Assembly (NCBI GenBank): GCA_951812855.1
Contig: OX638337.1
Location: 1,500,001 to 1,532,000 of the forward strand
Length of the DNA: 32,000 bases
Direction of reading: 5' to 3'
Origin: an uncultured Lentisphaeria bacterium
GTDB taxonomy: Bacteria > Verrucomicrobiota > Lentisphaeria > JABSQK01 > JAJFLO01
Shown here one piece after another: positions 1 to 7,908 of this stretch. The notes beneath the pieces are model-generated. The model made no database searches, was not told the DNA's origin, and was given only the letters and a program-made list of their open reading frames with translations. A program made the translations under genes and the position numbers. Numbering within the stretch: the first letter of the stretch is position 1; each line of letters starts with the position of its first letter.

Positions 1-77
1 CCGACATTAGGCCTGCCTACAACTGCAACGATACCAACCTTTCCGAAAGGCCATTTTATAGAATCAGGTAAAGTCAT
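1..77 (-). CDS. Era/Der (EngA)-type GTPase, N-terminal fragment; the gene runs off the window start
   Basis: The reverse complement of 1-77 reads MTLPDSIKWPFGKVGIVAVVGRPNVG. This is the start of the G1/P-loop (GRPNVGKS) of TrmE-Era-EngA-type GTPases. ATG at 75-77 (minus). Confidence 0.6.
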   Translation of the reverse strand, partial: MTLPDSIKWPFGKVGIVAVVGRPNV

Positions 78-737
78 TTTATCCTAAATGCAGTCATTAA
101 TTCGATTTCGGAATATGCTCAATCACATATAAAATTTTAGTGTAACCAACACGTTTTACATAACAGTTCTACGGAATGTATACGAAACATTTTGATATTA
201 TAAAAAATGCAGGATGACATAATAATCATAATCCCGGTTTTCGGTTATGCTTCAGCACCGCATAACTATTACCAAATTTTCAAAATTTATAATATCGCCC
301 ACTGTAAACAGGTCACAACTATTTTACGTTAGCATACTTCACCAACGACTCTACTGCATAAAAAATCCACCACTGTCAAATTTCGTCGCACTAAATCACA
401 TTTTTCACAACAAAACATATCAAAGAAATACCAATAATTATATTAAATTAAGCAGGTTGCAAAATTTTATAAATTATGGCACACAAAAAGCTGAAAGTGG
501 TCAAACTACTAAGTCGCACCTTCTCCAGAACACTGCCAATCAGCTATCCAGGGATTTCATAGCTCATGAATCATCAACAGATCCTGACGATGGAAACTCA
601 GGGAAACCATTGCGTCTGATTAATCCAATCCATCAATAATATTAAGGTCTATATAAATCATTTTGTGCTCTTTAACCAGACTCTACAAACCTTTATTCTC
701 GAGGTATTAGAGAGTTCGGAACAGCGTATTTTGTGGA

Positions 738-1295
738 TTATAATCCTTCTTTTTTTTGCTGCCAGAGAATTTCTCTGCCTCCATTTCGGCGAGCTAAAAC
801 CCGAGCATAAATAAAAAAAAGGTCGGAGAGACGATTAAGATAAATAAGGCTCAATTGATTAACGTCTTCTTTTTTATGAAGACCCACGATTAATCGCTCT
901 GCACGCCGGCATACACAACGGCACAATTGACAGTACGATGCAGATGCGGTCCCGCCTGGCAAAATAAAATTTTTTAGCGGCGGTAATGATCGGTTAACTG
1001 TTTCAATCTTAAATTCCAATTCCGAGATGTGATCTTTATTTATTATATTGCTTCCAGGAATTGAGAGCTCCCCACCCAGATCAAACAGATCATTTTGGAT
1101 TTCAAGAAATGTTAATTTCAATTCGTCCTCCTGCTCAAGGGAACTTACCAGTATCCCCAAAATGCTATTAAGCTCATCAATAGAACCAATAGATTCAATG
1201 CGAGGATGATCTTTGTCAACTCGACTGCCGTCAGCCAATCCGGTCATCCCTCTGTCACCGGTTTTAGTACAAATTTTTGTTAATCGTTTCCCCAT
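738..1295 (-). CDS. pduO: ATP:cob(I)alamin adenosyltransferase, PduO/MMAB/YvqK type
   Basis: 185 aa. The N-terminal TKTGDRGMTGL...SIGSIDELNS and the later ILPGG and LCRCVCRRAER motifs are typical of PduO-type adenosyltransferases. Confidence 0.85.
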   Translation of the reverse strand: MGKRLTKICTKTGDRGMTGLADGSRVDKDHPRIESIGSIDELNSILGILVSSLEQEDELKLTFLEIQNDLFDLGGELSIPGSNIINKDHISELEFKIETVNRSLPPLKNFILPGGTASASYCQLCRCVCRRAERLIVGLHKKEDVNQLSLIYLNRLSDLFFIYARVLARRNGGREILWQQKKEGL

Positions 1296-1567
1296 TTATT
1301 TTCTAATCCTTTCCAAATAATTGTGCACATGACCCAGAAGTTCTCTTTGTAAAAAAATTACAATCACTTTCATTAACTGCTTAATTTGAACTTGATACAA
1401 ATAACATTTTTAATTGTCAAATTCGTGATTATCGTTAAATCAATGCTACCTTAAATCTTATAATTCAGGTGAATACAGGATTAACACGGTTAACATCATA
1501 TGCGGAATATTTTAGATTGGTCGTCCAAACGCTCGTCAGCGATACGATAAATTTACAGTCTTAAATA

Positions 1568-1576
1568 TGTTATAAT
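1568..1576 (+). promoter_or_regulatory. Extended -10 promoter-like element (TGtTATAAT) upstream of the 1624-6450 gene string
   Basis: TG at 1568-1569 and TATAAT at 1571-1576, 48 nt upstream of the ATG at 1624. No good -35. Such matches are frequent in AT-rich DNA. Confidence 0.25.
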
Positions 1577-1623
1577 TTCCTGACATCATTTCCCTAAACA
1601 ATGGAATATAAGATAAACCGGCA

Positions 1624-1857
1624 ATGATAATTGATATTCCCAGTATAATTAAAAACAAAAACGAAAGCAAGCAATTGAAAGCTGTTTACTGCTATGGATC
1701 AGTCTGCGAAGCCGCTGCCGCAGACAGTGTTACGAATGAAGAACGCCTTGAGCTTGACGCCGATGTATTGATACCTGCAGCGTATGTGCATTCATTAAGT
1801 CGAATTGGTCAGGGGATTCAATCGTCAGGGACAAAGAGTTATTTTACTGATGAATGA
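1624..1857 (+). CDS. Small hypothetical protein (77 aa)
   Basis: ATG-initiated ORF. Its stop overlaps the next gene's start in an ATGA junction (1854-1857), which suggests translational coupling. No recognisable family. Confidence 0.35.
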   Translation: MIIDIPSIIKNKNESKQLKAVYCYGSVCEAAAADSVTNEERLELDADVLIPAAYVHSLSRIGQGIQSSGTKSYFTDE

Positions 1858-2537
1858 TTCATATAAAATTAACTTCGAAAAAAGCGATGCAACAACCCGG
1901 TAATTATAATAGATTGCTGAATAGCACAATCGTATTCCGGATATTTTTTCTGGTTACTTTATTTCCGGAAACCTGGATTCAGGCCGGGAACCTTGAAAAT
2001 TCGATTGAGTGTTTGATGTGCCGGAAAAACCATAAAAATACAGATCAAATTGTAACCTATAAAGGTATGGAAATTCCTCTTTGCTCAGAAGGATGTAAAA
2101 ATCACTATAAAGATGCATCAGACAACAATACACTGGATTCATTCACATCACGGATCGAACCGCGATCGGCTCTTTTTCAGGAAGATTCACAAACTGAATT
2201 TAATTTAAGCAAACTGTTTTTCTGGATCGGTTATTATATTTTTATCGGCTTAATTTTTGGTGGTTCATCCGCCTATATCGCGGTTCAAAAGGGTATAACA
2301 CCCTGGTCCGCATTTATTCTGGGATTTCTGCTTAATATAATTGGATTTATTATCATCGTATTGAAACCTGAAGGCGACCGATTATTTCATTCCCGGGGTC
2401 TTGCTAAAGTTCCGGTTACCCATAATGAAACCATTTGTAAATCATGTGATCATTCCAACCACCCCTCTGCAGAAAAATGCAGTCACTGTGAAACGTCACT
2501 GGTATCATCAGTCACATCGGAAGTATCAACTATTTAA
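1854..2537 (+). CDS. Membrane protein with an N-terminal TRASH/YHS-like metal-binding Cys motif and a C-terminal zinc ribbon
   Basis: CxxC-x20-C-x3-C (C53, C56, C77, C81; nt 2010-2096) fits the TRASH pattern C-x19-22-C-x3-C. There is a hydrophobic N-terminal segment and two clear TM helices (FFWIGYYIFIGLIFGG, AFILGFLLNIIGFIIIVL). The C-terminus has CKSCDH...CSHCE. Confidence 0.6.
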   Translation: MIHIKLTSKKAMQQPGNYNRLLNSTIVFRIFFLVTLFPETWIQAGNLENSIECLMCRKNHKNTDQIVTYKGMEIPLCSEGCKNHYKDASDNNTLDSFTSRIEPRSALFQEDSQTEFNLSKLFFWIGYYIFIGLIFGGSSAYIAVQKGITPWSAFILGFLLNIIGFIIIVLKPEGDRLFHSRGLAKVPVTHNETICKSCDHSNHPSAEKCSHCETSLVSSVTSEVSTI

Positions 2538-2550
2538 GACTGGAATTAAC

Positions 2551-4830
2551 ATGGAAATATTAAATACAATAAAGAGATCACTTGATTCATTACTGCAGCT
2601 GGGCAATATGCCGAGCCCACGCCCAATGTTAACATCTGACAATGAAAGTAATGTCAAAAATCTATATATCATCGGTGATTTAGCCGGAGCCCCTGTCATC
2701 AAGCTTGCAATGGAACATGGATTCAATATTATCCAACATATTCTTTCTAAACCTGATGCAAAGTCTAACGACCCGGAAAAATTTGATGTTTTGATTATCG
2801 GTGCGGGAGCCAGCGGACTGAATGCTGCACTTGAATCAGAAGAGAATGGATTGTCATATTTACTTGTTGAGAAAGGTAAAATGGCTAACACCATCGAAAA
2901 TTTCCCCGAAAAAAAATGGGTCTATGCAGAGCCTGATACCAAGCCGGCAAAAGGTAAACTCTGGTTAGATGGTGCTCAGAAAGAAGATATTATCAGGCGT
3001 TGGAGACAAATTATAGAAGAAAATAATCTGAATATTCGTACAGAAGTTGGGGTAAAAAAAATTGTAAAGGAATCAAATGGTGACTTTAAGGTATTGACAG
3101 ATAAAGATACTTATATATCCAGGCGTATCATCTTAGCGATTGGTCAGCGTGGAAATCCGAGAAAATTGGGTATTCCCGGAGAAGAACAGGAAAAAGTATA
3201 CCATCGTTTATATTCTCCCAGACATTACAGAGATGAAAATATTCTGGTTGTTGGCGGGGGAAACAGTGCCATCGAAGCAGCCTTAGTACTCTCAGAGCAA
3301 AACAACGTTATTTTATCCTGTCGAAGAGATCAGTTTTCCCGGATATTCAAAGATAATGAACGAAAGTTAAACAACGCAATCGAAAGTGGCCGAATCAAAC
3401 CAATATTGAATTCAGAAGTGACGGAATTCAACGATGATACCTTCAAACTCAATGTTAAGTCGAACGATAATAATGAATCGTTAGAAGAACATAAATATAA
3501 CCATGCTTTTGTACTTGTCGGTGCAGAATTACCTGTAAAGTTTCTTAAGTCAACCGGTATAAAAATGGAAAATGAATGGCAGGGAAATTTATGGTCGGCC
3601 GCAGCAGCTACTATAGCGTTTTTCATTTTCCTATCATTTTTTGGTCCTGATGATCGTATGAAATCGATTGCATTCTTACCAAAATGGCTCGCAGGTCTGG
3701 CATCATTGGGAGCATTGGGAATGCTGATTACAATGGGAAAACGTGGTAACCGATATGCCTGGTTATGCTTTTCATTTTTCATCTGTTATACCCTATATGG
3801 CTGTAAATTAGGTTGGGGGTCTGAATTTTGGCCATTTAGAGGCTGGGGATATGGCGTACTGTCGTTATTTGGTCGGCCATGGACATTCTGGTACACGGTT
3901 CTTTACTCAGTTCTCATGACTTTTTTTGGTATTAAAGCGATGAAACGATGGGGTATTGATAAAAACGATAAATTTCAAATCTGGCGATATGTGTCCCTCC
4001 TTTCATTTCAGTGGTTTTTCTTTTTTATTCTGCCTGAATTTTTGTTTCAATGGGCAGTCAAGTATCAATGGTTAGGTGCTGAATTATCAACAAACCCTGA
4101 ATTTACGGGTCAAGCCTGGAGAACATATGGTATCATTTATGCCTGGCCCCTGTTTTTTTATACCTTCTTTTATGATCCCCACATTATATGGGTTGTCTGG
4201 GGGGTAGTTTTAACGTTTCTAATCATTCCAATATTTGTTATTTTTAATGGAAAGCGTTATTGCTCATGGATTTGCGGCTGTGGAGGTTTAGCCGAGACAC
4301 TTGGTGATCGCTGGCGTCATTTAGCACCGAAAGGAGAGGCAGCTGTTCGCTGGGAAAAAATGAATAAATGGATTTTAATTTTAGCGTTTGGTATTACCGG
4401 ATTAATGCTGTTAAAAGATGTTTTCGGATTTTTATCTGCCCCGGCGAATGGTTCAGTAACCATTTATAAAATTTTAGTTGATGTATGGCTGGTTGGTATT
4501 CTGCCTGTGACGTTGTATCCATTTTTAGGGGGTAAAGTCTGGTGCCGTTATTGGTGTCCCCTGGCTAAGCTGATGGGATTATACTCAACATGGTTTGGTA
4601 AATTTAAGATTACATCGAACGATAAATGTATCGGGTGCACTGAATGCACCCGCAACTGCCAGGTCGGAATCAATGTTATGGATTTTGCATTGAAACAGAA
4701 CGAACTGAATAATGCAAACACATCCTGTATCGGGTGCGGAATTTGCGTCTCTGCATGTCCTATGGATGTACTGAAATTCGGTGATCAGAAAATGAAAAAA
4801 GAAAAACAGGAAACGTATCTCCATTTCTAA
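2551..4830 (+). CDS. Fusion protein: NAD(P)H/FAD pyridine-nucleotide-disulfide-oxidoreductase-like domain + polytopic membrane domain with CX3CP motifs + 2x[4Fe-4S] ferredoxin (NapH/NosR/CcoG-like)
   Basis: FAD motif DVLIIGAGASGLNAAL and NAD(P)H motif ILVVGGGNSAIEAAL, then about 9 hydrophobic helices. Cys motifs are CSWICGCGG and CRYWCPLA. Ferredoxin motifs are CIGCTECTRNC and CIGCGICVSACP. I chose the ATG at 2551 (MEILN...) because the track's 2401 start overlaps the upstream gene by 137 nt. Confidence 0.8.
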   Translation: MEILNTIKRSLDSLLQLGNMPSPRPMLTSDNESNVKNLYIIGDLAGAPVIKLAMEHGFNIIQHILSKPDAKSNDPEKFDVLIIGAGASGLNAALESEENGLSYLLVEKGKMANTIENFPEKKWVYAEPDTKPAKGKLWLDGAQKEDIIRRWRQIIEENNLNIRTEVGVKKIVKESNGDFKVLTDKDTYISRRIILAIGQRGNPRKLGIPGEEQEKVYHRLYSPRHYRDENILVVGGGNSAIEAALVLSEQNNVILSCRRDQFSRIFKDNERKLNNAIESGRIKPILNSEVTEFNDDTFKLNVKSNDNNESLEEHKYNHAFVLVGAELPVKFLKSTGIKMENEWQGNLWSAAAATIAFFIFLSFFGPDDRMKSIAFLPKWLAGLASLGALGMLITMGKRGNRYAWLCFSFFICYTLYGCKLGWGSEFWPFRGWGYGVLSLFGRPWTFWYTVLYSVLMTFFGIKAMKRWGIDKNDKFQIWRYVSLLSFQWFFFFILPEFLFQWAVKYQWLGAELSTNPEFTGQAWRTYGIIYAWPLFFYTFFYDPHIIWVVWGVVLTFLIIPIFVIFNGKRYCSWICGCGGLAETLGDRWRHLAPKGEAAVRWEKMNKWILILAFGITGLMLLKDVFGFLSAPANGSVTIYKILVDVWLVGILPVTLYPFLGGKVWCRYWCPLAKLMGLYSTWFGKFKITSNDKCIGCTECTRNCQVGINVMDFALKQNELNNANTSCIGCGICVSACPMDVLKFGDQKMKKEKQETYLHF

Positions 4831-4999
4831 TTGTCAAACAATTATGTGTTGGCGGATTGATAAATATATAATTTTTCACCCAATCCACGTAACTCACAGA
4901 TAACGCTCTAATTCATTATTGAAAAAATAATTCTACATTGGAAAGAAAAACATCAATACCTCATTCAGAACATCACAAATAGTATTAGCTGCGCTGATA

Positions 5000-5737
5000 A
5001 TGTTTGTACTGTCATCTTCAATTTACGCATTTGATCAGAGTCACAAACTCTTTTCTGAAGTTCTAGCCTCATTTGTCAAGGACGGGAAAGTAAATTATAA
5101 GGGTCTTAAAAATGATCCCGGCAAACTCCAGGAATACATAAATCAGGTATCTTCTGTATCAGAAAAAACCCTTAATTCCTGGTCAAAGAACCAAAAATTA
5201 GCCTATTGGATCAATGCGTATAATGCCTTTACACTGAAGATAATTATCGACTATTATCCAATTAAGAGTATCAAAAAAATTAAGGGCGGAAAAGTTTGGG
5301 ACAGGGTCAAGTTCAAAGCCGGAGGCAATAATCAAACCTTAAACGATATAGAACATAAACGACTCCGGGCTGAACTCAAAGAGCCGCTCATCCATTTTGC
5401 AATAAACTGTGCCTCCATTGGATGTCCTGTTTTAAGCAATGAAGCCTATAAAGCAGAAAACTTATACGAACATATGAAAAGGAGTGCGGAAGAACTTTTA
5501 AAAAACCGTGATCAATTTCGCATCGATTATCAAGCTGAAAAAATTTACTTCTCAAAAATATTTAAGTGGTTTCGTGACGACTTCGATAAATTTAAAGAGG
5601 TATCATCATATAAAAAAAATAATGGAATTGTGTCGTTTGCAACAAAATATTTACCAAAAGCAAGAGCTGATTTTATCAAGAATAACAAATTGGATGTTAA
5701 GTTTTTACACTATGATTGGAATTTGAATGAATTATAA
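5000..5737 (+). CDS. DUF547 domain protein, probably exported
   Basis: LAYWINAYNAFTLKII...LNDIEHKRLR...IHFAINCASIGCPVL matches the conserved DUF547 core as I recall it. The start is uncertain because a complete signal peptide is only obtained with upstream sequence (see findings). Confidence 0.8.
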   Translation: MFVLSSSIYAFDQSHKLFSEVLASFVKDGKVNYKGLKNDPGKLQEYINQVSSVSEKTLNSWSKNQKLAYWINAYNAFTLKIIIDYYPIKSIKKIKGGKVWDRVKFKAGGNNQTLNDIEHKRLRAELKEPLIHFAINCASIGCPVLSNEAYKAENLYEHMKRSAEELLKNRDQFRIDYQAEKIYFSKIFKWFRDDFDKFKEVSSYKKNNGIVSFATKYLPKARADFIKNNKLDVKFLHYDWNLNEL

Positions 5738-5787
5738 ATGATTTATCCCTTACACCCATCTAAAAATTAATAGAGCAACCAAAATAT

Positions 5788-6450
5788 ATGACTCCTGACA
5801 AAAAGAAAAAAACGATAAAATACACATTAACAGCAGTGATACTTTCGGGAGTGCTGGGAAGTATTTTTTTTGCCGGAGAGAAAGAAAATGAAACAGTTCA
5901 ATCATCAGACCACCATGAAACCGCGACGTTTGCAGGCGGTTGTTTCTGGTGCATCCAACCGCCATTTGCTGGATTAAAGGGTGTTGTTTCTACGTCAGTC
6001 GGATATACAGATGGCACTCTGAAAAATCCGACGTATCAACAAGTTTGTTCAGGAACAACCGGGCATACTGAAGCCATTGAAATTAAATTTGATCCCACGA
6101 TTATAAGCTATCAGGAATTACTCGATGTATTCTGGATGAATATTGACCCAACCGTAAAAAACAGACAGTTTGTTGACGTCGGAACTCAGTACAGAGCCGG
6201 AATATATTATCACAATGATCGTCAAAAAGAACTCGCACAAAAATCTAAGAAAAACCTGCAGGATTCAAAAAGGTTTGGTAAGAAAATTGTAACTGAAATA
6301 AAAATGGCAACGACATTCTACCATGCCGAAGAATACCATCAGCAATACTATAAAAAAAGTCCAGTAAGTTATTATCGATATCGCCGCGGTTCCGGCAGGG
6401 ATGAATTTTTAGAAAAACATTGGGGGAAAAATAAAAATGAGACCAGGTGA
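5788..6450 (+). CDS. msrA: Peptide-methionine (S)-S-oxide reductase MsrA with an N-terminal membrane anchor or signal
   Basis: Active-site GGCFWC, GHTEAIEIKFDP and EEYHQQYY motifs. The N-terminus is KKKK followed by the hydrophobic helix YTLTAVILSGVLGSIFFAG. Confidence 0.9.
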   Translation: MTPDKKKKTIKYTLTAVILSGVLGSIFFAGEKENETVQSSDHHETATFAGGCFWCIQPPFAGLKGVVSTSVGYTDGTLKNPTYQQVCSGTTGHTEAIEIKFDPTIISYQELLDVFWMNIDPTVKNRQFVDVGTQYRAGIYYHNDRQKELAQKSKKNLQDSKRFGKKIVTEIKMATTFYHAEEYHQQYYKKSPVSYYRYRRGSGRDEFLEKHWGKNKNETR

Positions 6451-6846
6451 TTTATTCGTTAAAGCATTAGAATCTGAAAACGTAGAATACATTTTCGGTA
6501 TTCCCGGGGAATAAAATCTTGATTTCCCGGATTCATTAAAAGAATCTAAAATCAAACTGATTCTTACACGTCATGAGCAGGTGCAGGATTTACGGCTTCG
6601 ACCTGTGGTCGTTTAACAGGCAGAGCAGGTGTATGCATGTCGACACCGGGGCCGGGAGCAACAAACTTTGTCACACTGGCTGCTTATACGCAACGCGGTA
6701 TGATGCCAATGCTGATGATTACCGGACAAAAACCAATTCAATCCAGTAAGCAGGGACATTTTCAGATTGTTGACATTCCAATGGACTACAGTGAAAACGA
6801 CCGGGTACTCAATCAGGAACTTAGAAATCGCACCTGTATTTTGTAA
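6437..6846 (+). pseudogene. Decayed acetolactate-synthase-like thiamine-diphosphate enzyme (N-terminal TPP_enzyme_N remnant fused to an extreme C-terminal remnant)
   Basis: MRPGDLFVKALESENVEYIFGIPGE*NLDF..LILTRHEQ, then, after a frame shift, GAGFTASTCGRLTGRAGVCMSTPGPGATNFV...MLMITGQ. There is an in-frame TAA at 6512-6514 and a 1-nt loss at 6580-6581. The reading frame ends after about 135 codons, whereas a full enzyme has about 550-570. Confidence 0.75.
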
Positions 6847-6856
6847 GTACTACTCG

Positions 6857-7339
6857 TCATCCTGACCGTTGAACACATTTTTTTAGAGACATAATAACCC
6901 CCAGATGCAGGCCCTCATGAAAGTTATTAAACAGAATTGCATCCTCTATGTTGCTCAGAGTGATTCCGGCCGACGTTTCATACTCCGAAAATTCTCTAAA
7001 CTTTCCAGCCTGAAAATCGTAATCTAATTTTTCAGGCAACTCTAAAAGAAAACTTTTGATCTCTTTTATATTCGGTGTATTCTCCCAGTCTTTGGGAGAC
7101 GATCCTTTCTGAAAAGCAATGTAAACGTCTTGCGATATATACATTTCCAACCCGGAGAGTCGATACTGTAATGCCTGTTGAACTGCAACAACATGACCAA
7201 TATTCCACAGAATATTATTATTATGCCCCTCCGGTATAATTAATAGCTGCTTTTCGGAAAGAGAATTCAAAGATTTGAATAGTATCTGCCTGAGCTGTTT
7301 TAACAGATTTATAGATTTCTGCATGATTAACCCTCTCAC
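6857..7339 (-). CDS. DinB/YfiT-like (DinB_2) metal-dependent four-helix-bundle protein
   Basis: 160 aa. The NILWNIGHVV and FHEGLHLG histidine pattern is typical of the DinB superfamily. Confidence 0.65.
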   Translation of the reverse strand: MRGLIMQKSINLLKQLRQILFKSLNSLSEKQLLIIPEGHNNNILWNIGHVVAVQQALQYRLSGLEMYISQDVYIAFQKGSSPKDWENTPNIKEIKSFLLELPEKLDYDFQAGKFREFSEYETSAGITLSNIEDAILFNNFHEGLHLGVIMSLKKCVQRSG

Positions 7340-7508
7340 TATTTTGAACGATTATTTTACGTATACAGATATTGTCTGATTATTATCAAACCCGTCAAAT
7401 AAATGCCCGATGTCACTTCATGAAAAATTTTCATTGTTTAAGTAAACGTCGTACTGTTTCACCCCCTAAAGCTTGAATTCTCCAATTTTTCAGTATAATA
7501 CACAGGGT

Positions 7509-7535
7509 GTCGTCACTGCACTGGACGGCTTTTTT
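7509..7535 (+). terminator. Intrinsic-terminator-like hairpin with no upstream plus-strand gene
   Basis: GTCGTC (7509-7514) pairs with GACGGC (7524-7529), with one G.U pair and a 9-nt loop, followed by T6 (7530-7535). Confidence 0.3.
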
Positions 7536-7908
7536 AACTTCCCGTTTTTATATAAACCAAATTTAATAATTTAATAGATATTAGACTGAATATAAAAGAC
7601 CATATCCCGTCCTGATTTTAATATACTTCAAATCTATTCAGAATCTCTTTATCGATAAAACAGCAGATTCCGAATTTCAGATACCCGGTATAGAAGAGGG
7701 TCTTGATATCCTCGCAGTGGAGCTAAAGAGAACCGTTGGGAAAAGATGTAATCGCAGAAGATAAAGGTTACAAAACACGGTTAAAAGACCTCAAAAAAGT
7801 TTATGCGAATAAGTATTACACTCTCTCCATCAGCAAAGAATTTGACAATAAATTTAGATCGGGCGGGTTTTTGCCGGCAGAAAGCAGAGAAGGAATAGTA
7901 TTGTTCAA

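Noticed and set aside
247-639. 130-codon plus-strand ORF in the Era/PduO spacer
   Set aside because: The translation is compositionally odd (N/Q/T/H/I-rich, no motif). It has no RBS or family resemblance and lies in an AT-rich spacer where long ORFs arise by chance. I could not support it as a gene. The 7-bp stem hairpin at about 249-271 (GTTATGC/GCATAAC) has no adjacent U-tract.
1296-1623. Looked for a cobalamin riboswitch upstream of the PduO-type adenosyltransferase
   Set aside because: There is no B12-box-like GCCACUG (or its complement) and no GC-rich multi-stem region on either strand. The spacer is plain AT-rich DNA.
2401-2550. Upstream TTG/ATG start (2401) for the flavo-polyferredoxin given by the ORF track
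   Set aside because: It would overlap the preceding gene by 137 nt and add 50 residues with no similarity to the flavoprotein fold. The ATG at 2551 lies 13 nt after the upstream stop.
1954-5965. Track ORFs 1954-2142(-), 2526-2894(-), 3330-3782(-), 4585-4824(-), 5508-5726(+) and 5750-5965(-)
   Set aside because: All are nested in, or antisense to, longer ORFs with clear family motifs (TRASH protein, flavo-polyferredoxin, DUF547, MsrA). They have no motifs of their own.
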